Of a stretch of 64,000 nucleotides of DNA, positions 39,707 through 53,217 are shown one piece after another. The notes beneath the pieces were generated by a model that saw nothing but the letters and a program-made list of their open reading frames with translations, did no database searches and was not told the origin of the DNA. Location: assembly GCA_030141605.1 (NCBI GenBank), contig JAQGDQ010000019.1, forward strand, positions 186,001 through 250,000, in the 5' to 3' direction. Numbering within the stretch: position 1 is the stretch's first letter; each line of letters opens with the position of its first letter. Source of the DNA: Tubiluchus corallicola (Eukaryota > Animalia > Priapulida). The translations under genes were made by a program, and so were the position numbers.

Positions 39707-42013
39707 TTGTCACAGTTGTGTAATTTACAAATTAGCACAAGTAAGAAATGTTTATTAAAATTCTGCAATTTAACACGACTCTGTTTTGAACTATTCAACT
39801 AACCTATCTGCTAACTAATACACCAACTAACCAATTTATCAACTAAGTGAACTAACCAACCAGTCAACCAACACAATAAACTAACTAGTCAAGAACTCTG
39901 ACTAGCTGCTTGGTGTAGGTTCATTGTAATGACGAGGCAAACTGCTTAAGATCTCGCCATTTGCATGAGCAAACAATCTACCAGTTGTAGATATCCATGC
40001 CTCGTAGCTCTTTTCAAACTTGCATTCTGTGACGTTTTTCATTGACAATATAGGCGAAAGATATCTTTGACCAACTGAATGAACTACCAACAAACCAACC
40101 ATCTATTTGACCGTATGACCGACCGACCGACCGACTGAACACTCAACAGAACCAATTAACTAGTTATCTGTAATTCAACTGTACTGTTACAGTTGTGCTA
40201 TCTGAAGTTCATTACTATAGCTGTTTGTGCTTTCAGTTATGCTATGAGATCCTCAATACTTTATGTTTGTAGCCTTAGCGATTGAGTAATATTATTATCA
40301 AATAACATTGATAAAGCAAATTAGAAAGGAGAATAAAAAAGAAAAACGTTTGAGCTCTGTATGTGAAGGTTTGAGCTCTGTAAGTGAAGCCCTGCAGCTA
40401 CAGTGAGCAGCAGTTTTCAAAATATATGAAGTTGACCTAAATTGCCTTTCTTAAGTACATCGTATTGAAGCATAACACCCTAAAGTGGTTCAGATTCAAT
40501 AGAAGTTAATTTTGCTTTATTGTTGTACGATCAAGCACCGGTATAATTATTAATCAATGCTTTAAATCATTATGTGTGGCAAATACCCGACCTCTGCGTC
40601 TACTATTATTCTCAGTCCAGGCAATGCATTGGCGACAGGTTTCATAATACATGAGGTAGAAACCTTCATGCATGCATCTGTCCGTCCAACCATCAGTCCG
40701 TTTGTTCGTCCTAAGGGCTGTATATGCTCAGAGAATAAAGAACTGGTTCAGTGTGTAAAACAATGGAATTGTTGTGCATCACCTTTTCTGTGAGAATTCT
40801 TTTACTAAAATACAATTCATGTTTTTCACAGCGAGGCATTAAGAACGTCACGCCCATTGAACAAAGAAGAGATAGTAGCTTTACTAAGGTAGAGGATGCA
40901 GCAGAAGTCAAAGCAATGATTGTGCCAGTACTCTTATATAAAATTCTGTCCTATGTTGGGTAGCATTAGAGGTGAATTCGCCAAGCAGGCATCGTTACCC
41001 TCTGGCGGATGTAATTTTACATCCAGCATCTTTCAAATGACCAGATAACTAAAGCCTAACAAGCAAGACCTGTTGATAACATTATGCACATCTAGTACCT
41101 TTCAAAAAACAAATAATCAAAACTTAACAAGCAAGACCTGTTGAGAAGATTATAACATGTTGGCGAGAAACTGACAACTTACGTAAGCAACACACTATTT
41201 CTTAATGCAAGGGGATACAAAAGGAGACTCATACAAAAAATTTTCCCCAGGAAAGCGGATTTGAAATTGCACAATCACCAACGTTTTTCCAACACATCAC
41301 TAGATGAAATATTTCTCTATAGTTAGAACGTTCATGTACAATTTATGATACATAAGTGGCTAATAAAGAAAACATCTTTTATTCAAAGAGAATAATGCTT
41401 AGTTTAAAAAACCCGGTGCTTCTTATAGAACAACTGTTATACAGTTTCATAGTGACATAAGGTGGCTAACTTGGTTATTTAAACTGCATACTTCTACGGC
41501 TTACCCAATGGCTCCCTCAATTTAGGCAGTTCAAGCACAGTTTAATTACGCTTTGAAATTAAATGCCATAATTATACGCCAACTATAACTAATTTGCAAA
41601 TTTCGCAGCTAAACGTGCAAGAAAAATATTGGAAATCATGTAAGATTTCACACTTTCTGGTTGCCAACTTTTATTTTCTTGTTTAGCTCCAGCATATTTG
41701 GAACGTGAAATTATGTCATACTTTTGTGCTAAACCCAGATACATTCAATCATTTGTAGTATGTTTGTAAAAGTGATTTTTTGCTGTTTATTAAAATGAAA
41801 AGACTATAGAAGAATTTTTTTGGATAAGGCATTCTTGGATAAGGTAAAGAACTGATTGTTTGTGTCACGATTCTTTATGGAATGAAGAAAGACTTAGTGT
41901 TTTTGCTGTCACAATTCTTTCTTTAAAAGATTCGTGAAGTTTATTACGGTTTTAGAACTGGACTGATTTACTGTTAAATTTATAATATCGTATGGTCTTG
42001 GGAAATTATTGAA

Positions 42014-42589
42014 ATGGGACTCAGTAAAAGTAAGCATCTGACAAAGGAAGACTTGTACTTTCTGCGAACTCATACAAACTTCAGTGTTCTCGAGTTACAG
42101 CAATGGCACAAAGACTTCTACCAGGAATGTCCGAATGGAAAAATGACGAGAAAGAAGTTCGTAGAAATACACGAACTTTTGATTCCGTCAGCCAGTTCGC
42201 GCGAATTTTGTGATCACGTGTTTCGATCGTTCGATCAAGATAACTCGGGATACATTGATTTTAGAGAATTCATGTTGGCTCTCCACGTGACGTCAGCAGG
42301 TGCTCCAGAACAAAAGTTAAGGTGGGCGTTTAGGCTCTATGACATTGACGACAGTAAAACAATAGAAGTGGAAGAAATCACTAAAATAATACAAGCTATT
42401 TATGACATGTTGCACGCGCAAGGTCAAGAACCGGCCATGGCAAGAGCTACTAAATTAATGGATAAAATGGATGAGGACAAGGACGGGAAGTTGACAGAAG
42501 AGGAATTTTTGCATGGTTGCATGGCTGACGAAGGCTTACGCAATCTCTTGGCGCTGAACAAAACAGATATTCACAGACAGCCCACCTAG
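42014..42589 (+). CDS. NCS2: Neuronal calcium sensor (NCS-2/neurocalcin-like), 191 aa, CDS in a single exon
   Basis: N-myristoylation motif MGLSKSK. Non-binding EF1 with CPxG (ECPNG), EF2 DQDNSGYIDFRE, EF3 DIDDSKTIEVEE, EF4 DEDKDGKLTEEE. NCS signatures KLRWAFRLYD and FCDHVFRSFD. Possible 5'UTR acceptor ttttag at about 41950-41955. The family call is firm; the NCS-2 subtype is inferred from remembered motifs. Confidence 0.93.
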   Translation: MGLSKSKHLTKEDLYFLRTHTNFSVLELQQWHKDFYQECPNGKMTRKKFVEIHELLIPSASSREFCDHVFRSFDQDNSGYIDFREFMLALHVTSAGAPEQKLRWAFRLYDIDDSKTIEVEEITKIIQAIYDMLHAQGQEPAMARATKLMDKMDEDKDGKLTEEEFLHGCMADEGLRNLLALNKTDIHRQPT

Positions 42590-42647
42590 TTTCAAAGAAA
42601 GCGCAGTCCTGAAAACTCGATTGGATTAGGCACAGCTTGCTACTTAA

Positions 42648-42664
42648 AATAAAATTTTAATAAA
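42648..42664 (+). terminator. Candidate polyadenylation signals of the NCS gene
   Basis: Two AATAAA hexamers (42648-42653, 42659-42664) about 60 bp after the stop, followed by a GT-rich stretch (ctttgtgttg). Confidence 0.5.
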
Positions 42665-43971
42665 CTTTGTGTTGCGCTTATACATTGGGGAATATCTAAT
42701 TCAATGACTGGAACCTTAACAGTTTTCGATTTAGAATTTTGGATACAATTTTGGCAACCATTTTGATAATGAAGAGCTGGCCGCGGCTTCAGAAGCTTGA
42801 AAAACTATGTTACTGACATTAGCAGACTCATAAAAATTGAAAGGATTGACAATCAAACTAATTTTTACGAAATGTTTTTGTGCTGTCCAATACATGCAGT
42901 TGTGATGACTCAATTTGATGCGGAAATTATCTTGTAAAATATTAATAAAGGTTTCAAGTTTTACCAATTATTACAAATCTTAAAAGTCAAATTACTGTTG
43001 TTAATTTATTTATTAAAACGAGGATTCCTAACACTAACTTTCCCAGCTATAGTGTCTTCCTCTGTGTTACTCTAGAATATTTATTGACATTCACTGCAAA
43101 ACTATTTATACGTGTCAAACACTGTGTGGGCGCAGATGCAGAGCCTTTTGTGTTCTTCGTTTATATAATGGCTTTCCATTTGTTTTAAATCTTGCTGTAA
43201 TTAATAACTCTATAATTGTGCCGTAAACTACCCATGTTTTTTAAGTAAAAACTTCGTTTATCTAGTACAGTTTCCTCTTTTGTTTGTTTCCCTTGCCGTC
43301 TTAATAACATTTTTACACAGACCTTCATGGTCGCACTGATAAGATGGAAATGTCCTCAAATAAAAATGTCCAACATTACGACAATGATATCCAGAACGTC
43401 ATTATATCACATGTAGTATATTATATTTGAGTGCAATTGTCCAAGCGGTAAGACTCCTAGGTACATCAGACAATTTGAGGCCGGTGGCCTATACGCGAGC
43501 CTGCCAAGCGTATGAGCAGAAATAAATATTAATAGAAAATGTCAGTAAATCAATTGAAATGCGTCAGCAAGTACATAGGTAAAGTTTCAGTATAGTTTAA
43601 CTTTCATATTCTGAATTTACGTTTAAGTTAAAAATACACAACGCAGTTGATTGTTGCACGCGAAAAGATCGCGAGTTGCGTCTAAAAGTAGGATTCTACG
43701 TGATTCGTTAAGTGTAGTGAGTGTACAACAGTTTGTATTTGAACACATGAAAGTGTATGCATGTGTACGCAATCCGCGTGATCCGTATTCATTCTCTATT
43801 GTCCCAAAAACCCGTCATGCGGACGGGAAGCTGTCTAGGTGATTTAGCAAGTTTCAGGTGACCATTTTCGCGGGTTGCCCTCCTGGTCAGGTGATTTTTG
43901 TTACTTCAGGGCACTTCACACAATAATATTTTTCCCGTTTGAGTTTTTGAGAGGTGTAAGGGATGTATAAT

Positions 43972-44110
43972 TATGGTGGTGATACGCGCCATATTGTTTT
44001 TCCTCTGCAAAATGTTATGCACCCAAAATCTCTGCTTCCTTTTCCGTGCAGTCGTATAATAATAAGCTAACCCCACCGCTGTACTTATTTCTAGATCACT
44101 GGCGCACCAT
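43972..44110 (-). mobile_element. Fragment of a PIF/Harbinger transposase N-terminus
   Basis: Translates RKRKQRFWVHNILQRK, then after a frameshift QYGAYHH. This matches the RRxWVHPI..R..YGxYHH start typical of Harbinger transposases. Confidence 0.6.
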
Positions 44111-44809
44111 TGTTTCTGAAAGTTATTACTTCCAATTTTCACGAACAGCAACAAAAAGGCCAGAAGGGGCGCCTTGAACTTTGTAACACAAATAGCGTTA
44201 CAAACGCAGTATCACGCATCACGGATTACCCCTCTGCGCATTACGCCCATGGAATTGTTTAATGAACTAAATATTAAAGTAATCGACGCAAGCCTTATTT
44301 CCTACCACTCCACCAACTAAGTCAGCAAATTCTCGCTACATTAATTACAAACTAATCAGATTACTTTTTTGTAATTATTTTATAGCCTAGAAAATTCGCT
44401 GGTTATTATAATCTTAATTTGAAGATTATCAACTAATAATAAAATAATCTTCCAGTTGGTAATTATCTAAAACCAAATTTGAGAGAGAAGGAAGTGCATG
44501 AACGCGGGTACTGACCTTGAGCTTTTAGCAAAGCATTTTGAGTTAGAAGACACGGCCGCTTTTGATCAAGGTTTTTATATAATTTTAATATGTAGCTTAT
44601 CATCCAATGCAGTATTACTAATGTTAAATTACTCACACTAGAGCTAACTACTAATTAGCCACATTACTTTTATAAGTGAAACATAAGACGAAAATCAGAT
44701 TATATAAAATCGTCATTCAGAAGAATTTTCTTACAGAACATTAATTCGTCACTTACGCTAAAGCTTGCAATCCCCCCCCCCCCCACAAGAATTAGTTCGA
44801 GAAGCGGTA

Positions 44810-44920
44810 TAGGGTTAGGGTTAGGATTAGAGTTGGGGTTAGGGTTAGGGTTGGATTGAGTTAAGATTGGGTGGAGGTTAAGGTTAGGTTATGGGTAAGG
44901 GTTAAAGTTAGGGTTAGGGT
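44810..44920 (+). repeat. Degenerate interstitial (TTAGGG)n tract
   Basis: Several exact TTAGGG units interspersed with variants in a 6-bp register. Confidence 0.8.
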
Positions 44921-46036
44921 ATTTTAATCGTGTGGTGAATTGTGAACTCCTTCTGTCACTTAACTTTTAATCAGCTTGGCATGTGCATGAAGTGTAAAAA
45001 ACGACGAAATCGCGCTTGGCTAACGACTATTCCAGTTCAGTGGAAATTTTTCTTGTCATCTGATGGCCATCTTGCGTGACGTCTAGATTCACGTTCAACT
45101 GACTCAGGTAATGAGGCTAATCAGTGAACCTTAGTAAAACAAGGCAAAATTCAACTGCCATTTGTCAAATTTAGGAAATATAGACAAAATACATCGAGCG
45201 TCGAAACATACAACATAGTATTTCAAACCTGCACGCAAATCGCATAACTATATAGATATATGGTTAATGATTCAGTGGATCATCACCATGAAAGGGCAGC
45301 AGCAGAGGGGGCTTTATCCGGCAGACATTTTAATACCTAGGTCTCCAGTTTTAATAAGGCATTAATAAAAACAAAAAATGAGGAAACAAAAAAACAGAAT
45401 GTGTTTTTGGGTTAGTCAAACGCGAAGTAACTCTATAATGAGATCTGTGTCGCCATGATGTTGCTGTCGTTGTCGTCATCGTTGCTGATCTTCAAATGAT
45501 GTTTTATCAGTGTTTAGTATTGTGATGTCACAAGAGAGTTACTAGTATTCTAAATTTTTACGAAAAAACGAATTCTATAATACAAGTCAACGGCGTTTTA
45601 AATTAAGTATTCAAGAAAGGCCGGATTCCGTGACAACGGTAAATGGTGCTCTAAATGACATATCCAAGCAGTTGGGCAGAAAAACTCAATGAACAACTAA
45701 CTCAATATTTCGAATCCCAGACTGATTCTAGAAAATACGTGGACACTCCTTAAGAAAGTGTCTTTGTTGAATTTTAACTTGCTTCACTACATAACCTAGC
45801 GTTTAAAATCGACAAAGACCCGATATACTTTTATCGTTTTTTGCATTTAACAGTCTATGTTTAAAGGACAGTATTTTCGTATAAGTTACTATGTTAAATA
45901 TAAAAACTTGAGCAAAATTTTCAGAGTAATTCTTCGTCTACGCGTTTGTGGCTGTCGCGGTCACTGTTACTGTCACTACTCTGACTCTATGTCTGTCTCT
46001 GCCGCCGTCCCTCTCAGACTGTGATTGTGACTTCTT

Positions 46037-46170
<134 letters not shown>

Positions 46171-46210
46171 CGCTTTCGCACTCACCCACTCATTCACTCA
46201 CAATGTTAAT

Positions 46211-46760
46211 AATCCTTCGAATTACCGTCCTATTGGCAGTGTTGTTACCAATCACGTGTCTTTGAGCATACTAAATGACCATTTATTTCTCATTTATATG
46301 ACCTTTTACTGTGTTTCTTGGAAATAATAACCTTCATGCTGGTGTGTAACATGACATCTGCTCTTCTCGCTCCACTACTGATGTGCTTTCGTTAACCTGC
46401 AAGCATTATCACCGAAGCTATTAACAGAGTTTGAGCGTGCCTAGGTGATGCCACTATAACAGGATTAATAGCATTTAATGTATCTAAGCCCTTTGGTAAG
46501 ATCCACGTTTAATCATGTAGAATAGCTGATATTACGCTGTCTATTATATCATCATATCTCAACAATCTGAAACAAAGTCAAACTTGTTGTAAGAACAAAT
46601 TTGATACTTACAGCCTACTACCAGCAAATTAGTTAACATTTTTTCTAAACATGATGTTCTCAGATTGTAATTGCAGACATTCTTAAACTAATGGATTTAA
46701 GTGGCCAATGACTTTAACGAGGCAAGTGGCCATTCAAAGTAACTCAAAGTGTAGTGGAAA
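46211..46760 (+). mobile_element. Decayed non-LTR (CR1/L2-like) reverse transcriptase fragment
   Basis: Collinear broken RT motifs: NPSNYRPI (46211), SRSTTDVL (about 46365), IAFNVSKPFGKIH (46468; cf. LDxSKAFDxV), SSYLNNLKQ (about 46550). Confidence 0.65.
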
Positions 46761-47021
46761 GATGAATACAGGCCCAGCGAAATAGTTTTCTAGTAAGGAA
46801 TTTACTAACAAGGGGAGGTATCTATTAACCTTCTCCTTAACGCAGGCAAGGTTGCGGTTAACAGAAAAATAAAGAATTCCATAAGTAAGAAGCTCGATGG
46901 ATTTACACTTAACCTTTCATATATAGAGATGAGTAGCAAAATGGGTAACTACCAACTAACTGTCGTAGAAACAAAAAAGGGGTTTGTTTTGTGTGCTACA
47001 TAAATGATCTCCTACCCTTGC

Positions 47022-47168
47022 GCTCTCTGTCTCTCTCTCTCTCCCCTCTCTCTCTCTCTCGCTCCCTCTCTCATTCCCTTTTTTGCAGTCCTTCACGTTC
47101 TCTCTCTACCTCTCTCTCTCTCTCTTTCACTCCCTCACTCTCTCTTTCTTTCCCTCTCTATCTTTCCC
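47022..47168 (+). repeat. Degenerate (TC)n tract
   Basis: Seen directly. Confidence 0.85.
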
Positions 47169-50100
47169 GCTTTGACTTGTTCATATTGCTACTTGTTATG
47201 CAAAGGGACACATCTTGCTGCGTCTGCTCACATTTTCTATATCAGCTCACATTACCACAATGCCACTTGCCACACATACCCGCCTTACTCGAAATACTCA
47301 CATTGTCATGTCTGTTCTCACTTTACTGCAACATTAGCTCACATAGTTGTCACTGACACAAATGTGGTAGTTTACATAAGCCACTACTCGGACCATCACA
47401 TCATTGCTTATATTGTACACGAAATTACTATGAAGCAATTTTTCTGATGGTCACATTTTTTATTTATCAACTAGGATCATTGCTGCTTATCTGTTGCAGA
47501 CGTCATACTAAACTCTGATAGCCATTTAGGTTTACGAGTATATTGAAAAGCCGATTCTTTGTTTCGGCTTACTTGAGAGCCTGAACTTGAATTACCAGTC
47601 AAAGATAAAATTTCTAACCCCACACTCCATGTTTCATACTCTAAAAATTTACAGTTCATATTCTAAAAATGGAATTCACCTACATCATAATTATTTTAAC
47701 CATTAAAAAGGATTCGTTTTTTTAAAGAACGTTGAATCCAGTTTTTGACGGGTTCATACTCCACTCCACAGTACAGGAAAATCAGTCAATAATCAATTAT
47801 CGAGTTCTAATCAATGATTATTGCATTAATAAGATCCTTCCAAACGTGCAGTACGTCAGACCAACATTCGAAAGGTTTGTTCAAATTTTTCTGCGACTAC
47901 ATTCGCAACCTTTTGTCAAAATTTGAAAAAAAAATCGCGGTACCGTTCTGAGAAAGTCATGAAAAAAATTTCACGCGAATATTTTGCCATACACGTGTAC
48001 CAAGAAAGTACAAGTTCGCTTTGAGAACCTTTAATGCCGCAGCTATAATACTCAAATGGCATCCAAATGTAAATAAGTGTTATAAACAAGTTTGAGCTAT
48101 ATTTATTTTTTATCTCTTCGAGGAGCACCCAAGCACTGAGTTATCCAAACCACGTGCTTTTCTACATATAACCACTAATCTGGAACCTCTGTGGTTCTGA
48201 CTAAATTCACATATATAAACACAGCAACATTGATTACAGAAGTTCCGAATGGATAGCAAGGCCTTTTATTCCCCAGGCTTCTGATTTGAATTATTTATGA
48301 ACTGGGAGGTGAAATTCCCACTAACGCTACTTTGCAGAGTTGGCAGTGAGGTAACCTTCATTTGGCCTTACTTGTCGTGGTAATAATGTGTCAGCCGCTA
48401 CTGTGTCCTCGTGGCCCGCACGGAAAGGAAGCGGGGCGTGTTGGACTAGAGCCGTTATCACTGAAGTCGCTGTGTTGGTCTACTTACTTCAATGGACACG
48501 AATATTGAATATGTGTTTTTAAGCATACGACTAATTATTAATGTTCTAAAGCGCAACGCTGTAATAAATACCTCCTCTTTTTTATAATTTATACTTATCA
48601 TTTGATTTGGCCACGTATCAATTACGATTACAACGTGTTGCATTAAGAATTACTGGTACATTAGGAAGATAATAATAATTATTCCGGTATGCACATACCG
48701 TTAGTAACTACCCTTAATGACGTTACAATTGCGCTTAAATCGGGCCATCATTCGCTTCACATATCTGTATGGTCTTGATGATTATTAATAACTTGGTAAT
48801 CATCTTGCACGAATTTCTGTTGTACAGCAAACACATAAAACTGAGAAGTAGCTAGAGTTACAATACATACTAACCTAAAAGTTTTAAAAACGTTTACAAT
48901 GAGTTTTTAGTAAAACTGTGAAACATTAAAATTGACTTAGAATTAAGTTATATCTCGCAAGCAATTTAAATAAATGATTTTTAAAAAAAATTAAGAAACG
49001 TGAAGACGTTTCCGACAGTATATGTCTCGCAGGTTGGGTGCAATCTGGGAGAACACTCTTGATCCGATTTTAAGCACTACAAGTAAATGAGCTGGTCGGT
49101 TTATTTGCCCAGCAGGTATAAAAATGACATTTTCTCTCTCTTAGGACTTTACAAATGACGTTGTCTGACTGTGTTAACCAAATGTTTACAACATTGCAAT
49201 ATACCTGGTCACTTCGCAGCAGCAACAGAGTGAGATCAGTATGTGTGCTAACCCTTTTCACATAATATCAGTGGTTGATATGGTTAAAACATCGACTATT
49301 TGTCCGCGAAGACAGCTTCACCTACCCATAGAATTGATTGCTTAGTACAGCAGTTATACCTGCACGAACAGCAACGTTGTGAATTCTAGTCTACTCTACA
49401 TTTGCAGTGGATTAGATAAAATGGAGTAGATCAAATAAAAATGCATTGCGAGTTTAGTAAAGTTATCACAAGTATCGTAATTCGGATTCACATTATCGTG
49501 GAAGTTAGGTAATACGAACACTCGAATAACCAACTGTCTAATCAATCAGTCAAGCAATAAACAACCAACTAACCAAACCAACAAAATATAAGCAATCAAA
49601 TAGTCAGTTCAGGGTTACTAGTTAACCAGTCAATTAGCTAAGCTAACTAATCAAATAGCTAGAACTAACCAGCCGAAGTTGGTGAATTAATCAACTAATC
49701 TGTTCCAAAAACTAACTGTTCAATCATCGTCTACTAAGCACTCGCCGAGAGGGTACTAATCAGCCAATTATAGCTTCCACTAACTGATTCCATAAAATAA
49801 TTCAATTATATAGCAAAACCAGACAGACTTGGCGGGCTATTCAATTATCATTACAACACGATTCATTTTTAAAAGCTATGCGAAAAACACGTGGAACTGT
49901 AGAGGAGAAAAATTATTATACCCCATGAATAAGCTACAGATTAATTGCAGAATCAAGAAGCAGCGGTTCAAAGAGACAGCATGCTCAAATATTTCAAGTT
50001 AATTACTATCAGAATCGAAATCGCGTCTTATGAGTTTACGGGACTTTGACAAAAGGCATTATTAATCAGTACAACCCCGATCAACAACCCGGCTCGCTTA

Positions 50101-51719
50101 GTCACTTATGGTACTTTTAACTTCTAACGAGGCCCAACAGGTCATTTATTTTTCCCACTATTTGATCGAAATCGTTAGATGCTATTACTGGATTTCGAAT
50201 GACGTATTCGCGGTGTTTATAATGTCTCTTTGATGAAGAACTCGCCAATCATAACAACATTATCAGCAAAGCATTTCATATTTAACCAGTTATTAAAGCA
50301 GACAGATCGACCCACATCAGTAGTTGCACATGAACGTCTGTATATCTTTAGTATTACTCTGGAGGGTAATACATACATCTTATAATATAATATAATAATG
50401 TGTGTCTTATGATAATTTAATTAAGAATTCGTCATTAATTTCTAATCAATAAAAGCACGAGCATTACTTTTCGGTTTATTAGACTAACAAAGGCAATAAT
50501 GATGGGTACAAGTAATTAAGTAAATTAAGTCCTATTGGCATTTGTGTGTTTAATTTATCATCTCTAAAAGCAAGTTTTGTATATAGGCCTACGTTGCAAC
50601 GACTTTAATGACGATAGACCAATGAATTTTATGTTTGACGATCAAGAAAAACAATTTAAACAAGGACAGAAATCAGATTTAATAACTTATCAGTTATCAC
50701 ACATTTGGCGTTTGTGGGGTATTAAGTTTTCACATTTCGCGTCATTTATAAAATTTGCTCTATTATTTGAAAAGGCTTATCATCTAATGTCTAAAGAGTT
50801 AACAGCAGCTGTAATCTGTTGGGAATTAGCAAACGACAATAATTCATTAATTAGCATAATGTGAGACTTTTACAATCTATCATTACAGCATTTGCGATTC
50901 AGCAAATTTAAAAAGGTAATTTCGCAAAAAGTTTGTTAAACCATATTTGAATACCATGGATTACGAACACAGCTTTGTTTTAAATTGCATGAATTGTAAT
51001 TGATCATCTATATATTACTTTGTTGCGAGGTGTGTTTAATTTATCACACTATCTAGATACTAAATAAATAAATTTTACGATTTTTGCTACATCGTTATAA
51101 CTCTTCAAAAATAACTCGCGTAACAGGTCAACATTTTCTGTAGGCCTAATTAAATAGACTAAATCACAACGCAAGAGCATTACAATAGTTACTTGACCAG
51201 CTTCCGCACTATTGCTTGCCGACTATAGTGATTAAGTGTACTTGACATTTAATTTGGATAGAGATTTATTTATCACAAAAGTTCTCAGAGAAGATTCATG
51301 AGGATGAATGGTCGATTTCCACTTCAGAAAATCGGTCTGTGCCCATTTATTCATTTTATTTTTTAATCTAAACGCGAAGTCTATAGAAACATATACACAA
51401 GAAGATATACACAAATTAAACTAAAATAATCAAGTGATATGAAAATAAAAATATAAAGTACTAAAAAATTGTATTCGTAAAAAACTAATTAAACGATGTT
51501 AAAATTGTTCAGGCATAAAAATTTACACAAGGATGTATATAAGCAAGCAATTTATACATATCTAGTAAATAGTAATGATTCTATATTATGTCGGATTGAT
51601 GAGTTCATGTTTTCATCACTGTACACAATTTGTTTGACAATACAATTGTTATTGTTTACAAATCTAAATCTAAAACCACAAAATCATATGTTTACATACA
51701 GGTAGAGTTAGGAATTCAC

Positions 51720-51850
51720 GTTGCATAGTGTTGGGTGTCCGTGCCATATACTTCTTGATTCTTTTAGACAAAGAATCCTGTGGTAAAGTTTGCCACAAAT
51801 GTAAATGCTGGAATGGAACAGAATACTGGAAATTTAATTTTCACCTAGGT
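51720..51850 (-). mobile_element. Possible LINE ORF2 C-terminal remnant
   Basis: FQYSVPFQHLHLWQTLPQDSLSKRIKKYM resembles the LWNxLP...FKxxLKxYL end of L2/CR1 ORF2. Confidence 0.3.
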
Positions 51851-53217
51851 GCATATAAAAACATAAAATTTTAATGTTAATTCTATTATGGCGTATGATT
51901 CAGCTGGAACAACGGGTTTAACATAAAATTGCCAATGGCACGATTAAGCTTATTGTTGGGATTCAATTTGCTGTTGTAAAAACGACGACGGGAAATTTAC
52001 AAAATAAAACCCCATACAAAAGTTAATGTGTGAACTTGTGATTCACGTATTGTCGCACATGCACAGGCTACTTTTTATTAAAGGTTAACTTTATTTTTTA
52101 TAAGTCTTTTAACGACTTATAAAGTTTTTGTTTGGCAGATGTTTGTTTGGACGCAACCTTCGTTCGATACATTCACTAAATTTTCTAGTGTTCTCGCAGA
52201 TTGTTAGAGATTGTGCAGTGAGTGCGTAAAACGCTGTGCTTGGCCGACCTCCGATATGGGAGTGCTAATGTGAGGTGGTAGAAATCTCTCGCAAATTAAC
52301 AAAGGACTATTAGCATTGCCAGATTTGGCATTCATGGTCAATATCTAATTAATAATATCATTAAATGCCACCTAATTTTAAGAAGATGACACTCACTGAT
52401 TATGACTTATTTGGACAGTAATTGCGTAAACATGTTTCCGAATAAGAATTTTTGGAAGTCTCCATAAATATTATCGTATTCACATACCTGCATAGGCCGT
52501 TTAAATATTAATATCCAGTGCCAGCATCAATACACCTAGGCAGCTTACAAAGCAGTAAACCTATTTAAATGGTACAAACCAGTAAGGTGGATTAATAATC
52601 ACTAGGCTTATACAATGTCTTCACATCAACACACGTGCGCCGCAACGTAAATAAATATTGTTATCATTTTCAAAACAAGCATCTCTAGGAAGCTGCGCAG
52701 AGTGGCTGATCCCATTGCTAAAAGCTTCACGCAGGTCGATTAGCAGTTGCTTTTCACTTCACAGCGGGGAAGCTATTTCCAGTGTGATGCTTGTGGTATT
52801 CACCTACTAGTCAAGGTTTCTCTTCCTGACAGTAACATTCATTGACAGGTTGTACAAGATTAGCTGCATTAGTGGTTAAACATGAATGACTGCAAAGGAA
52901 GAAAGATGAGGGAGAGAAAGCTGGAAAAGGGAAGGAAGTTTGACAGAGTGGGGAGAGAGAGAGAGAGAGAGGAGAGAAATACATGATTTTTGCATACATT
53001 TCTTGCTCCCACACTTTATTTAATAAAACAATTATTCATTTTATTGAATAAATAAATAAGTAAATAAAAAATTGTCGTTGCGGAACTTTCTACATTTAAG
53101 GCGACATAATTACTTTGCACTGTGTGCTCGCTCTGTAACAGTCTACTACAAAATAAGAAAATAATGATGCGAAAAAACAAATTATTAAATTCTTATAATT
53201 AGAATAATCGGCTGCGC

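Noticed and set aside
50230-50290. Minus-strand MKCFADNVVMIGE resembling a LINE FADD motif
   Set aside because: Single weak motif with no collinear support that I could read.
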